Positions 37,067 through 50,200 of a stretch of DNA of 64,000 nt are shown here, in pieces. The stretch's first letter is position 1. Each line of letters begins with the position of its first letter. The stretch comes from Schizochytrium sp. TIO01 (taxonomy: Eukaryota; Protista; Bigyra: Labyrinthulomycetes), in assembly GCA_004764695.1 (NCBI GenBank), contig SMSO01000025.1, forward strand, positions 1,364,001 through 1,428,000. Reading direction: 5' to 3'. The notes beneath the pieces were generated by a model, which ran no database searches, was not told the origin of the DNA, and was given only the letters and a program-made list of their open reading frames with translations. A program made the position numbers and the translations under genes.

Positions 37067-38406
37067 ATGATATTTCTGTACAAAGACGCATACCCATATG
37101 AGCTAGGAAGTGGAGATATGGTTTCACATTTGGATACCCCCCAACAAAATGACGAGCATGTTCAGAATGTGGATGAATCTGAGCTCAATGTCAACGATAA
37201 CTTTCAAACTACTATCGAGGAAGACTTCAGTGATACTCAAGATGATAATCCGACTAGCACATGTGAATGGGTGATGAAGTTAAATCCAGAACTGTTTGAT
37301 GCAGTGCCGCTTAAGAGTGGGACAGGCCGTATCAAATGGTCATTTGTGTATGCCCAGTGGAGACGCGTAGTGCCTCCAGTCCACATATAGGCTAGAGTTT
37401 ATCATTATCATAACAATTCACTCAAGTTTAAACGCGAAAGAGATGCTCAAAAAGACAACACTAGCCTTCAACGCGCCATGATTCGCGCAGACCGCGATTA
37501 TAGAATCCACGAAAATATGTCTTGCTCACTCCACAGAGAAGAAACACTCAGAATCAACAACTTGTCTGATTTGAAAGAGGGAGTGGAGCATCTAAAATCT
37601 CTTCCTAACATAGTTTCTCCTCCTGCTGCTGATGAAATTGATAATAATTTGATCTTTTAAAATGCAAAAAAGAAGATAATCGTGCCTGTATCACCTGGAA
37701 AACTCTGAAAACTCTGAAGAATAGCTTCAGCATCCTCTTGCGGTAGTGAAGATGACAATAGTAGACAATGTCAACCACCTTCTCAACCGCAGAGATAGTT
37801 ACATATAGAAAAGTCTGGTTGTGAAAATCTATCTTTTTCAGATTCAGAAAATGCAGCAAAGAATAAGTCTTAGTATGACTATGAATGAGAGAGACGATTT
37901 TGCCTCTCTCCAAAGTCTAAATGGGAGTGGTGCGGATAATGAAATAAATGGAAACGAAGATGTACAGGATGCTGATTTGAACAAATTTATTTTCAGAAGG
38001 TCTCGAAGATTGTCTGCATTAAGTATAGAAGAAGACAAAGCCTCCGCTAGTCCCAAACCAGGTGTGATTGAAAATCAAGAGTGTCGTATCGCTAGCACAA
38101 GCTCTGTACAAAGTACAAGAGATAGCGGTGACATACAGAAAGTATAGGCGGCAAGTTGTTAAAATCTTTTGTACGCTTAGTGCTAAACTCAAAAAACTTT
38201 CTCAACAACTAACTTTGGAGAGTATTGCACTCTGCGAAAAGGAATTCAAAACACAAGCAAATGAAGCGAGTACAAAACTTCAGTTCCGTCGATTTACGGA
38301 GGATGAGGATCAGCTCATCAAGCATATCTGGGGTTGCGAACAAATGTTGATACGGCCTCAAAAGGGAGAAACACCAATATTAAATGGACCCTTAAAAAAG
38401 CTTTAG
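37067..38406 (+). pseudogene. Decayed coding remnant (chain of short ORFs, one Myb/SANT-like motif), possibly transposon-derived
   Basis: Four co-linear plus-strand fragments (107, 60, 108 and 112 aa) with protein-like composition; FRRFTEDEDQLI resembles a Myb repeat start. No intact gene or clear splice structure. Confidence 0.3.
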
Positions 38407-39932
38407 TTATATTCAGTTGCTGTTCTAAAGCTCAGCGAGGAAGGTGACAATTACTATTACCGTAACGACGAGCAGTTGAGGTAGCGCATGAAATACATCA
38501 ATTTAAAATTAAAACAAATAAAAAGAAAAAAAGAATATTGCCAATCTCAGCAAGCAGGCCAACGAACCTACATGGGGCTCTCCCTATATACTTCCTAGAA
38601 AATGAAAAGTCGATCTTTAATTTTAAAAAAAAAATCAAAATCAAAAAAATCCAGAGTTTTTCTTTTTAGGCTTCTTGTATTATTGCAGAGGGGCTTGTAG
38701 TCTGGCAAAGATGGCGAACTCAGGAGAAAGAGAAAGAGGATGACATTTGAGTTCTTGGGTTTCGGATTTGGATACAAGCAGAATGAATGTATTTTGTCAG
38801 TCCATCGGACAGGAGAGCCATGTTAGGTTAGGTTAGATGAGTCTAGACACTTATCTGTTTATTGCTTCAGTATTTATCAAGAAATTGGCCATTCCAGGGC
38901 TCAAATCGCGCGATAGCGGTGCTGCGTCAGAGAAAATGTTAATAATTTTAAAACCTATCTAAGACCCCTCCCTACCTAGCGGTAACCATCATTAGGTTTG
39001 CATCCCGGGGCTAAAGCGCGCCGGATATTTGTACAAATATCAAGGTTCTATATAGTTTAATTTAGGTTTACATGGATGGGGAAGCCAAAATAAATAAGTG
39101 TATGAATTTAAAGTGAAAGTTTTCTGTATTAATTCGGAGGTATACAGAAAAAACTACCTGTACTAACTCGGAGGTTTTGCCCTATTCCTTTCCATATGCC
39201 TCAGAAATACTTAGAACGGAACTTGCTGTGATGTTATCGTTACTGTTACCAAACTGTCTTTAACAAACCCCTTTGAATCGCAACGTCTTTTGGTATGCCT
39301 TATTGTAGGTGAAATGACATTTAAAATTATAAACCAGGGCTTAAGGTCTATCACGATGGACATAGATATGAAGAGTTGCATATCGTCTGGTGGTGCTTTA
39401 CAGACGAATGTACCGATATTTCGTTTGCAAAACATTTACCACCTTTGAAAGTGCTATTGATTGACATACAGCTCTACAATTTTAAGCGCAAGATAACTAT
39501 TGCAGATTAGCCCTTGTTGGGAAGCGTACAGAGGTAGTCTGGCAGAGAACGAAGTCTGCAAAGGTGGGGAGTGAGGCCTGTCAAATAATGACCTAAATAT
39601 GCTTCTTTTTATTTTGCCTTGAGGTTCTGGATACTGGCAGGTTGAGTTAGGGAATACCAGGTTAGGCAAGGTATACTTCAAACAACTATGCAAAAACGCA
39701 TCAAATAACCTCATCAGTTTCTAGTAATGGGAAAATTCAATTGTGTCCACGCAAACAGTGGTTGAATATACATCAATCCATCTCTACTACACGTAGGACC
39801 TATCAACGTAAAGCAATGACATATCACAACTAAGATGTAACAAATGGAATAGCAAATCTGGAAGCTAGCAACGATGTAAATAGAGTTTGAAATGGTTAAA
39901 TTAGCAGCCGAACAATATTGTTTGTTGCAATC

Positions 39933-40672
39933 GCAAGGCACAAGAATACAAACCTACGCTACAGTACCAAATCAACCAATGGAAGTACGTGGCGTACTGT
40001 TGGGAGATATTTGGAGGTAATTTGATCGGAGTTTCCCAAGAATATATACCTTTGGACTAGTTGTGGCGATGAATAATATGGTAGTATGTTTTTCCGAGAT
40101 GGGTAGCAGCCACAAATATCGTTCATAACAGTTTAATTGTATCACTCTACAGAAAACAATTATTGTCAATCAAAATTAGAAGTGCTGCAGCAGACCTGTA
40201 TCAAAGTTCACACCGTCTGTGATTGTTAAAATGAGAAATGGTGTAGTTTCGTTCGTGGAAGAGCAAGACACAAGGATACGAACATACGCAAAAGTACCAA
40301 AGCAACCGATAGGAGTACATAACGTACTGTTTGGAGCCATTTGGAATTAATGTGATCGACCTCTCCCAAGAATATGCACTTTTGGACTAGTAGTGGCGAT
40401 GAATGATATTGTAGTGTGTGTTTCCCGAGATGGGTAGCAGCCACAAGTATCATTTATAATAGTTTAACTGCACCACTCTACTGAGCGCAAGCATTGGCAA
40501 TCAGGCATTAGAAGTACACTGTAGCAGTCCTGTAATAAACTTCACAGCGTCTATGATTGTTAAAATGAGAAATCGTATAATATCATGACTTTAAGAGCAA
40601 GTAATCGAGATACACATCTACTATACTACTAAAGTAAACTATTCAATATGTACTATTGGGAGGTATTTGAAA
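39933..40672. repeat. ~330-bp degenerate tandem repeat (2 full copies + partial third)
   Basis: agtaccaa at 39963 and 40293; shared blocks cccaagaatat, tttggactag, gtggcgatgaat, ccgagatgggtagcagccacaa, gattgttaaaatgagaaat; third copy starts ~40596. Confidence 0.9.
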
Positions 40673-41271
40673 CACTAAAGTGATTTCTAATAATCAATAC
40701 CTACCTACCTCAGAAACTCCAGTAGTTATACATCGTAAAGTAGCATCACTTCCAGAGTAAGGAGCAGATAGATACAGAATATATCATTTAGTTGCCGGTA
40801 ACACACAGTAGACTGCGAATAAGTATATACCAGTAGTAGGGCAAGTTTCATTCGAAAACTTTAGTGATATCAGATTAGAGTGTAGACGTTTCGAACGTAG
40901 AATAGTGTCTGAAAAAAAAGAAAAGAAAAAAAAAAAAGACTCTTCTAACACCATGCCACGGGCAAGTAAAATAAATGAACATGCCCTCTGAGTCAAACTG
41001 TAAATTTGTATCAATGGCTTGATACAATTGGTTAGACCCAAATGAAGTCGGCACCCAAGTGCTCCTTGTCCTCATTCCTGTCACCGATCCCACCTCCTCA
41101 ACAACCCAAGCTGGTACCAGTAGCTTTATAGTACGAGACCGACCAAACTGCAAAGAATAAAAAAGAGAAAAGATATTGAAGATGTATATATCCTCTCTAC
41201 AGCAATGACGTAATATAATATTGTTTGTAATATTGTTTAATTTATTTAAGGGATGTCTAACTATATGCTCT

Positions 41272-44200
41272 TTAACACGTTCCGTCAGCCGAGAATACTA
41301 ACACGGTGTATTTCCAGTCTCCATTACCATTGTAGGCCGTAGATGCATCAACATTTGAGATACGAACCTTAATGCCACCAGTGGTAGCCCAGGAGTTCCA
41401 CAGAATATTTGTAATAATAGCATTTGCATCGGTAGGAGGTGTCACAAACACGAAATCTCCTTCTGATGCATTCGTCACGGTTGCGGTATAAGTAGTTTCA
41501 GCCCCGCTCGCGATAGTCGATGCTGAGGCGTCAATTGTGATTGATCCCCGGATAATCTTCTGAAGTTTCGCACATGAAGACCCGCCAAGTTGAAATCCAT
41601 CTGAAGCGAAACGTGCCACCTCTGATGAACCCGCCTGAAGAATAGTCGAACCAGAGCTGGAACCTCCAGTTCCAGTATTAAGAGTAATATCTCCGCCAGA
41701 AGTCGATGTTCCAATTCCTGATGTAATACTAATACTTCCACCATTTGCAGTTCCAGTACCGCTTGTGATTGAAAAAGCTCCACCGGTAGAAGAAGCACTG
41801 GTTGAGGCACCAGAAGAGATAGTGACAGCACCTCCTGTTGTTCCTGAATTAACTGATAGAGAAATAGCACCAGACGCACCACTGGTCGACGTTCCAGATG
41901 AAATCTCAACAGCACCGGAAGCTCCACTCGCTGTTGTTCCCGACGAAATTTTAACATCACCGCTTGTTCCAGTAGAGACACCGCTACCCGTTGACAGCGT
42001 TACATGTCCTGTCGATGCACTATTGTAGAGGCCAGATGCGAGAGTGAGACCGTTCTGACCATTTGATTCTACGGTGACACCGACTGCGGTGTTAGACGCA
42101 ATCGATGATATCGAAATTGCAGTTCCCGTGAGACCAAGAGAGGTTGTTGATGACGAGTCTCCGATTGTTATAGAAGTTCCATAGAGCAAGGTAGACGAAG
42201 AGCTAATTGTCTGAATTGAATTTCCTGCAGCATTTTTGAAGACAATGCTACCATCTGCTGCGGTTCCAGTTCCTGGCTGAAGAACCACATCACCACCAGT
42301 TGCAGTAGTTCCACTAGCAGCACCACCGACTAGTTTAGCCATGCCACCAGTACCACTGGTGACGGATGATGCGCCAGCTGTCATCGTCAAAGCACCACCA
42401 GTAGCGGCTGAAGACGAGCCAGCGGTTGCCAAGATAGCCCCACCAGCGCCACTGAGGCCAGCGCCAACTGAGAGAGTGATACCACCTCCAGTACCAGATG
42501 TTGCAGCTCCAGTGGTGACAGAAAAGGCTCCTGTATTGCCGCTTGTTGTTGTCCCGGTCGAAAGAGTAATCGCACCACTGGCACCTGATGAACTGGAAGC
42601 CGCGGTAGTGAGAGAGATAGTTCCACTGGCGCCTGAGCTAGCTCCACTAGTAATGGTTACACCGCCACCAGTGCCACCCGAGCCGGCTCCAGCAGTCAAA
42701 GAAATACCGCCTCCGGTTCCGCCAGTCGTGCTTGTGCCAGAGCCTGCAGTAAGAGACACTGAACCACCAGATTGGCTGTCCCCGCTGGTAGTTCCGGCTG
42801 TCACTGTAATACTACCAGAAGTTGTTGTAGAAGATCCGACAAGAAGTGAAATACCACTAGCAGAGCCAGAGCCTGTAGATAACGAGATTGTTCCAGACGC
42901 ACCACTGGTCGACGCTCCAGATGAAATCTCAACAGCACCGGAAGCTCCACTCGCTGTTGCTCCCGACGAAATTTTAACATCACCGCTTGTTCCAGCAGAG
43001 ACACCGCTACCCGTTGATAGCGTTACATCTCCTGTCGATGCAGTATCGTAGAGGCCAGATGCGAGAGTGAGACCGTTCTGACCGTATGATTCTACGGTGA
43101 CACCGCCTGCGGGGTTAGACGCAATCGATGATATCGAAATTGTAGTTCCCGTGAGACCAAGAGAGGTTGTTGATGACGAGTCGCCGATTGTTATAGAAGT
43201 TCCATAGAGCAAGGTTGACGAAGAGCTAATTGTCTGAATTGCAGTTCCTGCAGCATCTTTGAAGACAATGCTACCACCTGCTGCGGTTCCAGTTCCTGGC
43301 TGAAGAACCACATCACCACCAGTTGCAGTAGTTCCACTAGCAGCACCACCGACTAGTTTAGCCATGCCACCAGTACCACTGGTGACGGATGATGCGCCAG
43401 CTGTCATCGTCAAAGCACCACCAGTAGCGGCTGAAGACGAGCCAGCGGTTGCCAAGATAGCCCCACCAGCGCCACTGACGCCAGCGCCAACTGAGAGAGT
43501 GATACCACCTCCAGTACCAGATGTTGCAGCTCCAGTGGTGACAGAAAAGGCTCCTGTATTGCCGTTTGTTGTTGTACCGGTCGAAAGAGTAATCGCACCA
43601 CTGGCACCTGATGAACTGGAAGCCGCGGTAGTGAGAGAGATAGTTCCACTGGTGCCTGAGCCAGCTCCACTGGTAATGGTTACACCGCCACCAGTGCCAC
43701 CCGAGCTGGCTCCAGCAGTCAAAGAAATACCGCCTCCGGTTCCGCCAGTCGTGCTTGTGCCAGAGCCTGCAGTAAGAGACACTGAACCACCAGATTGGCT
43801 GTCCCCGCTGGTAGTTCCGGCTGTCACTGTAACACTACCAGAAGTTGTTGTAGAAGATCCGACAAGAAGTGAAATACCACTGGCAGAGCCAGAAGTGGAT
43901 GAGCCTGTAGATAACGAGATTGCTCCAGACGCACCACTGGTCGACGCTCCAGATGAAATCTCAACAGCACCGGAAGCTCCACTCGCTGTTGCTCCCGACG
44001 AAATTTTAACATCACCGCTTGTTCCAGCAGAGACACCGCTACCCGTTGACAGCGTTACATCTCCTGTCGATGCAGTATCGTAGAGGCCAGATGCGAGAGT
44101 GAGACCGTTCTGACCGTATGATTCTACGGTGACACCGCCTGCGGGGTTAGACGCAATCGATGATATCGAAATTGTAGTTCCCGTGAGACCAAGAGAGGTT

Positions 44201-47200
44201 GTTGATGACGAGTCGCCGATTGTTATAGAAGTTCCATAGAGCAAGGTAGACGAAGAGCTAATTGTCTGAATTGAATTTCCTGCAGCATCTTTGAAGACAA
44301 TGCTACCATCTGCTGCGGTTCCAGTTCCTGGCTGAAGAACCACATCACCACCAGTTGCAGTAGTTCCACTAGCAGCACCACCGACTAGTTTAGCCATGCC
44401 ACCAGTACCACTGGTGACGGATGATGCGCCAGCTGTCATCGTCAAAGCACCACCAGTAGCGGCTGAAGACGAGCCAGCGGTTGCCAAGATAGCCCCACCA
44501 GCGCCACTGAGGCCAGCGCCAACTGAGAGAGTGATACCACCTCCAGTACCAGATGTTGCAGCTCCAGTGGTGACAGAAAAGGCTCCTGTATTGCCGCTTG
44601 TTGTTGTACCGGTCGAAAGAGTAATCGCACCACTGGCACCTGATGAACTGGAAGCCGCGGTAGTGAGAGAGATAGTTCCACTGGCGCCTGAGCTAGCTCC
44701 ACTAGTAATGGTTACACCGCCACCAGTGCCACCCGAGCCGGCTCCAGCAGTCAAAGAAATACCGCCTCCGGTTCCGCCAGTCGTGCTTGTGCCAGAGCCT
44801 GCAGTAAGAGACACTGAACCACCAGATTGGCTGTCCCCGCTGGTAGTTCCGGCTGTCACTGTAATACTACCAGAAGTTGTTGTAGAAGATCCGACAAGAA
44901 GTGAAATACCACTAGCAGAGCCAGAGCCTGTAGATAACGAGATTGTTCCAGACGCACCACTGGTCGACGCTCCAGATGAAATCTCAACAGCACCGGAAGC
45001 TCCACTCGCTGTTGCTCCCGACGAAATTTTAACATCACCGCTTGTTCCAGCAGAGACACCGCTACCCGTTGATAGCGTTACATCTCCTGTCGATGCAGTA
45101 TCGTAGAGGCCAGATGCGAGAGTGAGACCGTTCTGACCGTATGATTCTACGGTGACACCGCCTGCGGGGTTAGACGCAATCGATGATATCGAAATTGTAG
45201 TTCCCGTGAGACCAAGAGAGGTTGTTGATGACGAGTCGCCGATTGTTATAGAAGTTCCATAGAGCAAGGTTGACGAAGAGCTAATTGCCTGAATTGCAGT
45301 TCCTGCAGCATCTTTGAAGACAATGCTACCACCTGCTGCGGTTCCAGTTCCTGGCTGAAGAACCACATCACCACCAGTTGCAGTAGTTCCACTAGCAGCA
45401 CCACCGACTAGTTTAGCCATGCCACCAGTACCACTGGTGACGGATGATGCGCCAGCTGTCATCGTCAAAGCACCACCAGTAGCGGCTGAAGACGAGCCAG
45501 CGGTTGCCAAGATAGCCCCACCAGCGCCACTGAGGCCAGCGCCAACTGAGAGAGTGATACCACCTCCAGTACCAGATGTTGCAGCTCCAGTGGTGACAGA
45601 AAAGGCTCCTGTATTGCCGCTTGTTGTTGTACCGGTCGAAAGAGTAATCGCACCACTGGCACCTGATGAACTGGAAGCCGCGGTAGTGAGAGAGATAGTT
45701 CCACTGGCGCCTGAGCTAGCTCCACTAGTAATGGTTACACCGCCACCAGTGCCACCCGAGCCGGCTCCAGCAGTCAAAGAAATACCGCCTCCGGTTCCGC
45801 CAGTCGTGCTTGTGCCAGAGCCTGCAGTAAGAGACACTGAACCACCAGATTGGCTGTCCCCGCTGGTAGTTCCGGCTGTCACTGTAACACTACCAGAAGT
45901 TGTTGTAGAAGATCCGACAAGAAGTGAAATACCACTGGCAGAGCCAGAAGTGGATGAGCCTGTAGATAACGAGATTGCTCCAGATGCACCGCTTACGGTT
46001 GCGCCTGTGGAAAGCTGAATAGCTCCGCTTATACCAGTGCCAACACCCGCTGGAGAGCTGAGGGTAATCATGCCACTTGAAGTGGCAGATCCAGTTCCTG
46101 AGGTGAGGGTGATGTCGCCTCCAGTTGCAGCACTTGAAGTGCCTGCGCTTAAAGTAATGCTACCGCCTTTACCGGTATTGCCAGATCCAACGCTGAGTTG
46201 GATTGCACCGCCAGCACCTCCAGACGCAGATCCAGATTTAAGCACAATGGCTCCAGAACCTCCACTCGAAGCGATCCCGGTACTTACTGTGATCATTCCA
46301 CTTGAAGTTCCTGAAGCCACTGCCGAACCCACAGTGACAGCGCCTGAAGCACCAGATGAGCTTGTTCCTGAGACAAGAGTTACAGCACCTCCTGTTGCTC
46401 CAGCTCCAGCTCCAGCAGAGAATGACAGTGCACCGCCCTCTCCACTTCCAGCTCCCGCTGTTATCGTCACTGCACCACCAGCTGAATTATCGGCTGTTTT
46501 ACCAGCGGTAATCAAGACATCAGAACCCACGCCGGAGTCTGTATCACCAACAGAGAGTGAGATACTCCCAGCACTGGCACTCTTGGCAGCACCTGATGTA
46601 AGAGTTATTGTACCTGTAGCACCGGACGTGCCTCCAGTCGTTGCCCCGGTGCTCAGGGAGATAGCTCCACTTGCGCCCGTACCAGATACTGCTGCTGTGG
46701 ATAAGGAAATGGCGCCACTTGATGTCGAAGAACTCGCTCCAGAGATGAAGGTGAGAGATCCGCCCGTAGACTGAGATCCAAGACCACCTGTTAGTTTGAC
46801 TTCACCACCTTGACCACCTGTGCCACTTGAACCGGCACCTCCAGTAATCTGAACGGCGCCGCCTGCCACGCTGTTAGCTGTAGTTTCACCTCCAACAATA
46901 GAAACCATTCCACCGGCACCAGTGTTACCAGAGCCGACTTGAATGACAATATTGCCTCCTGCACCGTTCTGAGCAGTGCCAGATGAGACAGTTACAATAC
47001 CACTTGTTCCTGAAGTTGAGGTTCCTGAAGCAACTGTGACTGTTCCAGACAAAGCAGCATCAGACGATTGAAGGGTTGTTGCGCCACTTGTTCCAGTTGA
47101 TGCTAGAGAGCTGGTTCCTGAGTAAAGATTAAGAGCCCCACCAGCTGCCGCACTACTCGAGCCAGCTGTGACTGTTACAGCCCCACCAGCTGCATTGGAT

Positions 47201-50200
47201 GAAGATCCCGCAGTAATAACTACAGCCCCGCCAACTCCAGAATTGCCAGATCCAACAGAGAGGGTAATCGAACCTCCAGCCCCACTAACCCCTGTGCCTG
47301 TAGATATGCTGATAGCTCCAGACGAGCCAGCTGTGGACGAACCTGTGGAGACCGTAATTGTTCCAGTCACACCACTGGATCCTGCGTTTGGAGTAGATAT
47401 TACGATACCACCACTGGAAGTAGCAGTACCCTCACCGCTTCGCAGAGAGAGAGTGCCTCCAGAGGAGGCAGTGCCTGCTCCAGCCTCAATGGTAATTGCA
47501 CCACCAGCTCCTCCAGTCGAAGTTGTTCCGTCTCCACCATAAATGTAAACAGCCCCGCCAGCCTTTGAGTTGGCTGAAGTGTGTCCAGCCTGAAGCAAGA
47601 TATCACCTCCGGCACCGCTTGTACCTGATCCAACACTTAATGTAATTTGACCGCCTTCGCCATTTGCAGTTGTTGCTCCACTTTGCAGTGTTATGTCTCC
47701 AGAGTTTCCACTTGTGGTCGTGCCCGAGGACAGGGTAATGGAGCCAGAAGCACCGCTTGTGCCAGCATTTGCACTCTTTATTGTAATACTACCACTGGAG
47801 GCGGATGTTGACCCCCCAGACTGAATAAGAACATTTCCTCCTGTTAGACCGACTGATGTTCCTGCATAAAGGCTCAGTTGTCCACCTGGACTTCCAGAGC
47901 CGGCCCCAACAGCAATAGTGATAGGTCCTCCAGATCCTCCTGCATTTGCTGTACCCGTAGATATAGTAATAGAGCCAGAGGTGCCAGATGTTGAAGTGCC
48001 AGTCTTAATTGTTAGCGCTCCACTAACGCCTGTTGTCCCAGAATCAGCACTTTTCAGAGTTACATCTCCGCTTGTCGATTCCGTACTTGCACCTGAAGAT
48101 AGAATTAATGCACCGCCAGTCAAAGCTGTTGAGGTGCCACCTGAGACAGTTGCACTACCGCCAATACTATTCGTGCTCGAGGTGCTCGCACCACCAGTCA
48201 CCGAGATAGCACCACCTGTTTTAGACGCTGCACTTGTGGATCCTCCACTTAGTGTAACAGTTTGGCCATCACCTGCTGTACTCACTCCAGGGTTCATTGT
48301 AATTGCACCTGCCTGACCATTTGAGCCTGTGCCAGTTACGAGCTGGATATCGCCGCTTTTTCCCGAAGTTGAGCTACCAGTAGATATAAAGATAGAACCA
48401 CTGACACCAGATGTACCAGCATTCGGTGTTTTAATGTAAATATGTCCACTTGACGAGTCTGCACTACTGCCCGAAGTAAATGTCAGCGAACCACCAGTAA
48501 GGTGTTGAGCTAGTCCTCCAGAAATCAAAACTGCACCTCCAACGCTATTTGTTACGCTAGAGCTTGCACCAGCAGTGAGAGTTAAGGCTCCACCTGTGGA
48601 GGTAGCTCCAGATGCAGACCCGGCAGCAATCGTAATAGCCGCACCTGAAATAGTATTCGCCGAACTAGTCCCAGCAGAAATAACAACACCTCCACTAGTT
48701 GTGCCAGTACTAGTGGACAATGTGATAGAACCTGTAGATCCACTTGCAGAAACGCCGGATGCAATGGTAACACTGCCACTCGATGATGCAGTACCTGCAC
48801 CAGAAGTGATTGAAACTGCTCCGCCGGTATGTGCACCAGCTCCAGCAGTCAGAGTTATTCCACCTCCAGTCGCGGCAGAGGAGTGAGTTGACTGACCAGC
48901 AGTAACTGTTACACTTCCACCTGTCGCAGCAGGTCCACTGCCAACACTCAACGAAATTGATCCACCAGCTCCTGCAGTACCAGCTGTGCCAGTCGACACA
49001 GTGAATCCTCCAGAGTTACCACTTGAAGACGAGCCTGTTGAAATACTCACCGAACCGCTAGCTCCACTGGTACCCGCATTTGGAGTGATCAAAGTGATTG
49101 CGCCAGTTGTAATCCCAGATCCAGAGGTAAACGTCAATGCACCTCCTGTTCCAGATGTTGAGCCACCGCCAATCAGTTGAACAGAGCCACCAACACCCGA
49201 AGATGTTGAGCCACCCGTAAGTTCCACTGAGCCGCCAGTGCCCGTACCACTTGCACCACCGCCATTCAGATTCAATGCAGCCCCGCCAGCATTAGTACCA
49301 GTGCTCGTACTCGGGCCAATCGTGATGGCACCTGAGGTTCCTGAGGTTGTAGTACCACTAGAAATCGTAACAGTTCCAGACGTACCAGTGGTTCCAGTGC
49401 CTGAAGTCAGAGAAAGAGCCCCGCCAGATGTTCCACTGCCAGCATCGATGCTTGCATCGCCTCCAACAGTACTACCTACACCAGCTGCAAGAATGAGGTC
49501 ACCACCAACATCGTTGCTACTGTCACCAGCAGTGACTGTTACTGCACCGCCAGTGCCTGAGGTGCTAGTTCCGGTTGAGATCGTGATCGAACCACCAGCC
49601 GTTGTTGCTGTACCGGTACTCAAGGTCAGCGATCCCGAAGCACCTGCGGTTCCTGAGCCTGATCGGATGGTCACTGCACCAGAAGAAGCAGCGTCACTAC
49701 TTCCAAACATAGCAGTTCCACTTGTAGTTGAACCAGATCCTGAGAACAACGACAAACCACCGCCACTTGCTCCAGACGATACTCCACCGTTGATCGTAAC
49801 AGTTCCTGCCACACCTGATACACTAGTTCCCGCGTAAATGTTGACACTACCCCCTGTTGCGCTAGTTCCAGATGTCTGGCCACCACGAATTGTCACGCTT
49901 CCTGCATTCCCAGCAGTACTCAAACCAGGAATCAACTTAATCTCACCAGTAGAACCTGCAGATGTTCCAGTTGAAATAGTGACAACCCCCGTTGATCCAC
50001 TTGTCGAGGAACCTGAACCCAGATCCACAGTACCAGATACTGCTGATGTTGTTCCAACCCCTGAAGTAATTGAAACTGCTCCGCCGGTATGTGCACCAGC
50101 TCCAGCAGTCAGAGTTATTCCACCTCCAGTCGCGGCAGAGGAGTGAGTTGACTGACCAGCAGTAACTGTTACACTTCCACCTGTCGCAGCAGGTCCACTG

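Noticed and set aside
38820-38840. Telomere-like ttaggttaggttag
   Set aside because: Only ~3 short units, internal, with no array.
39933-40672. CRISPR-like array
   Set aside because: The whole 330-bp unit is homologous, so there are no unique spacers; eukaryotic context with no cas genes.
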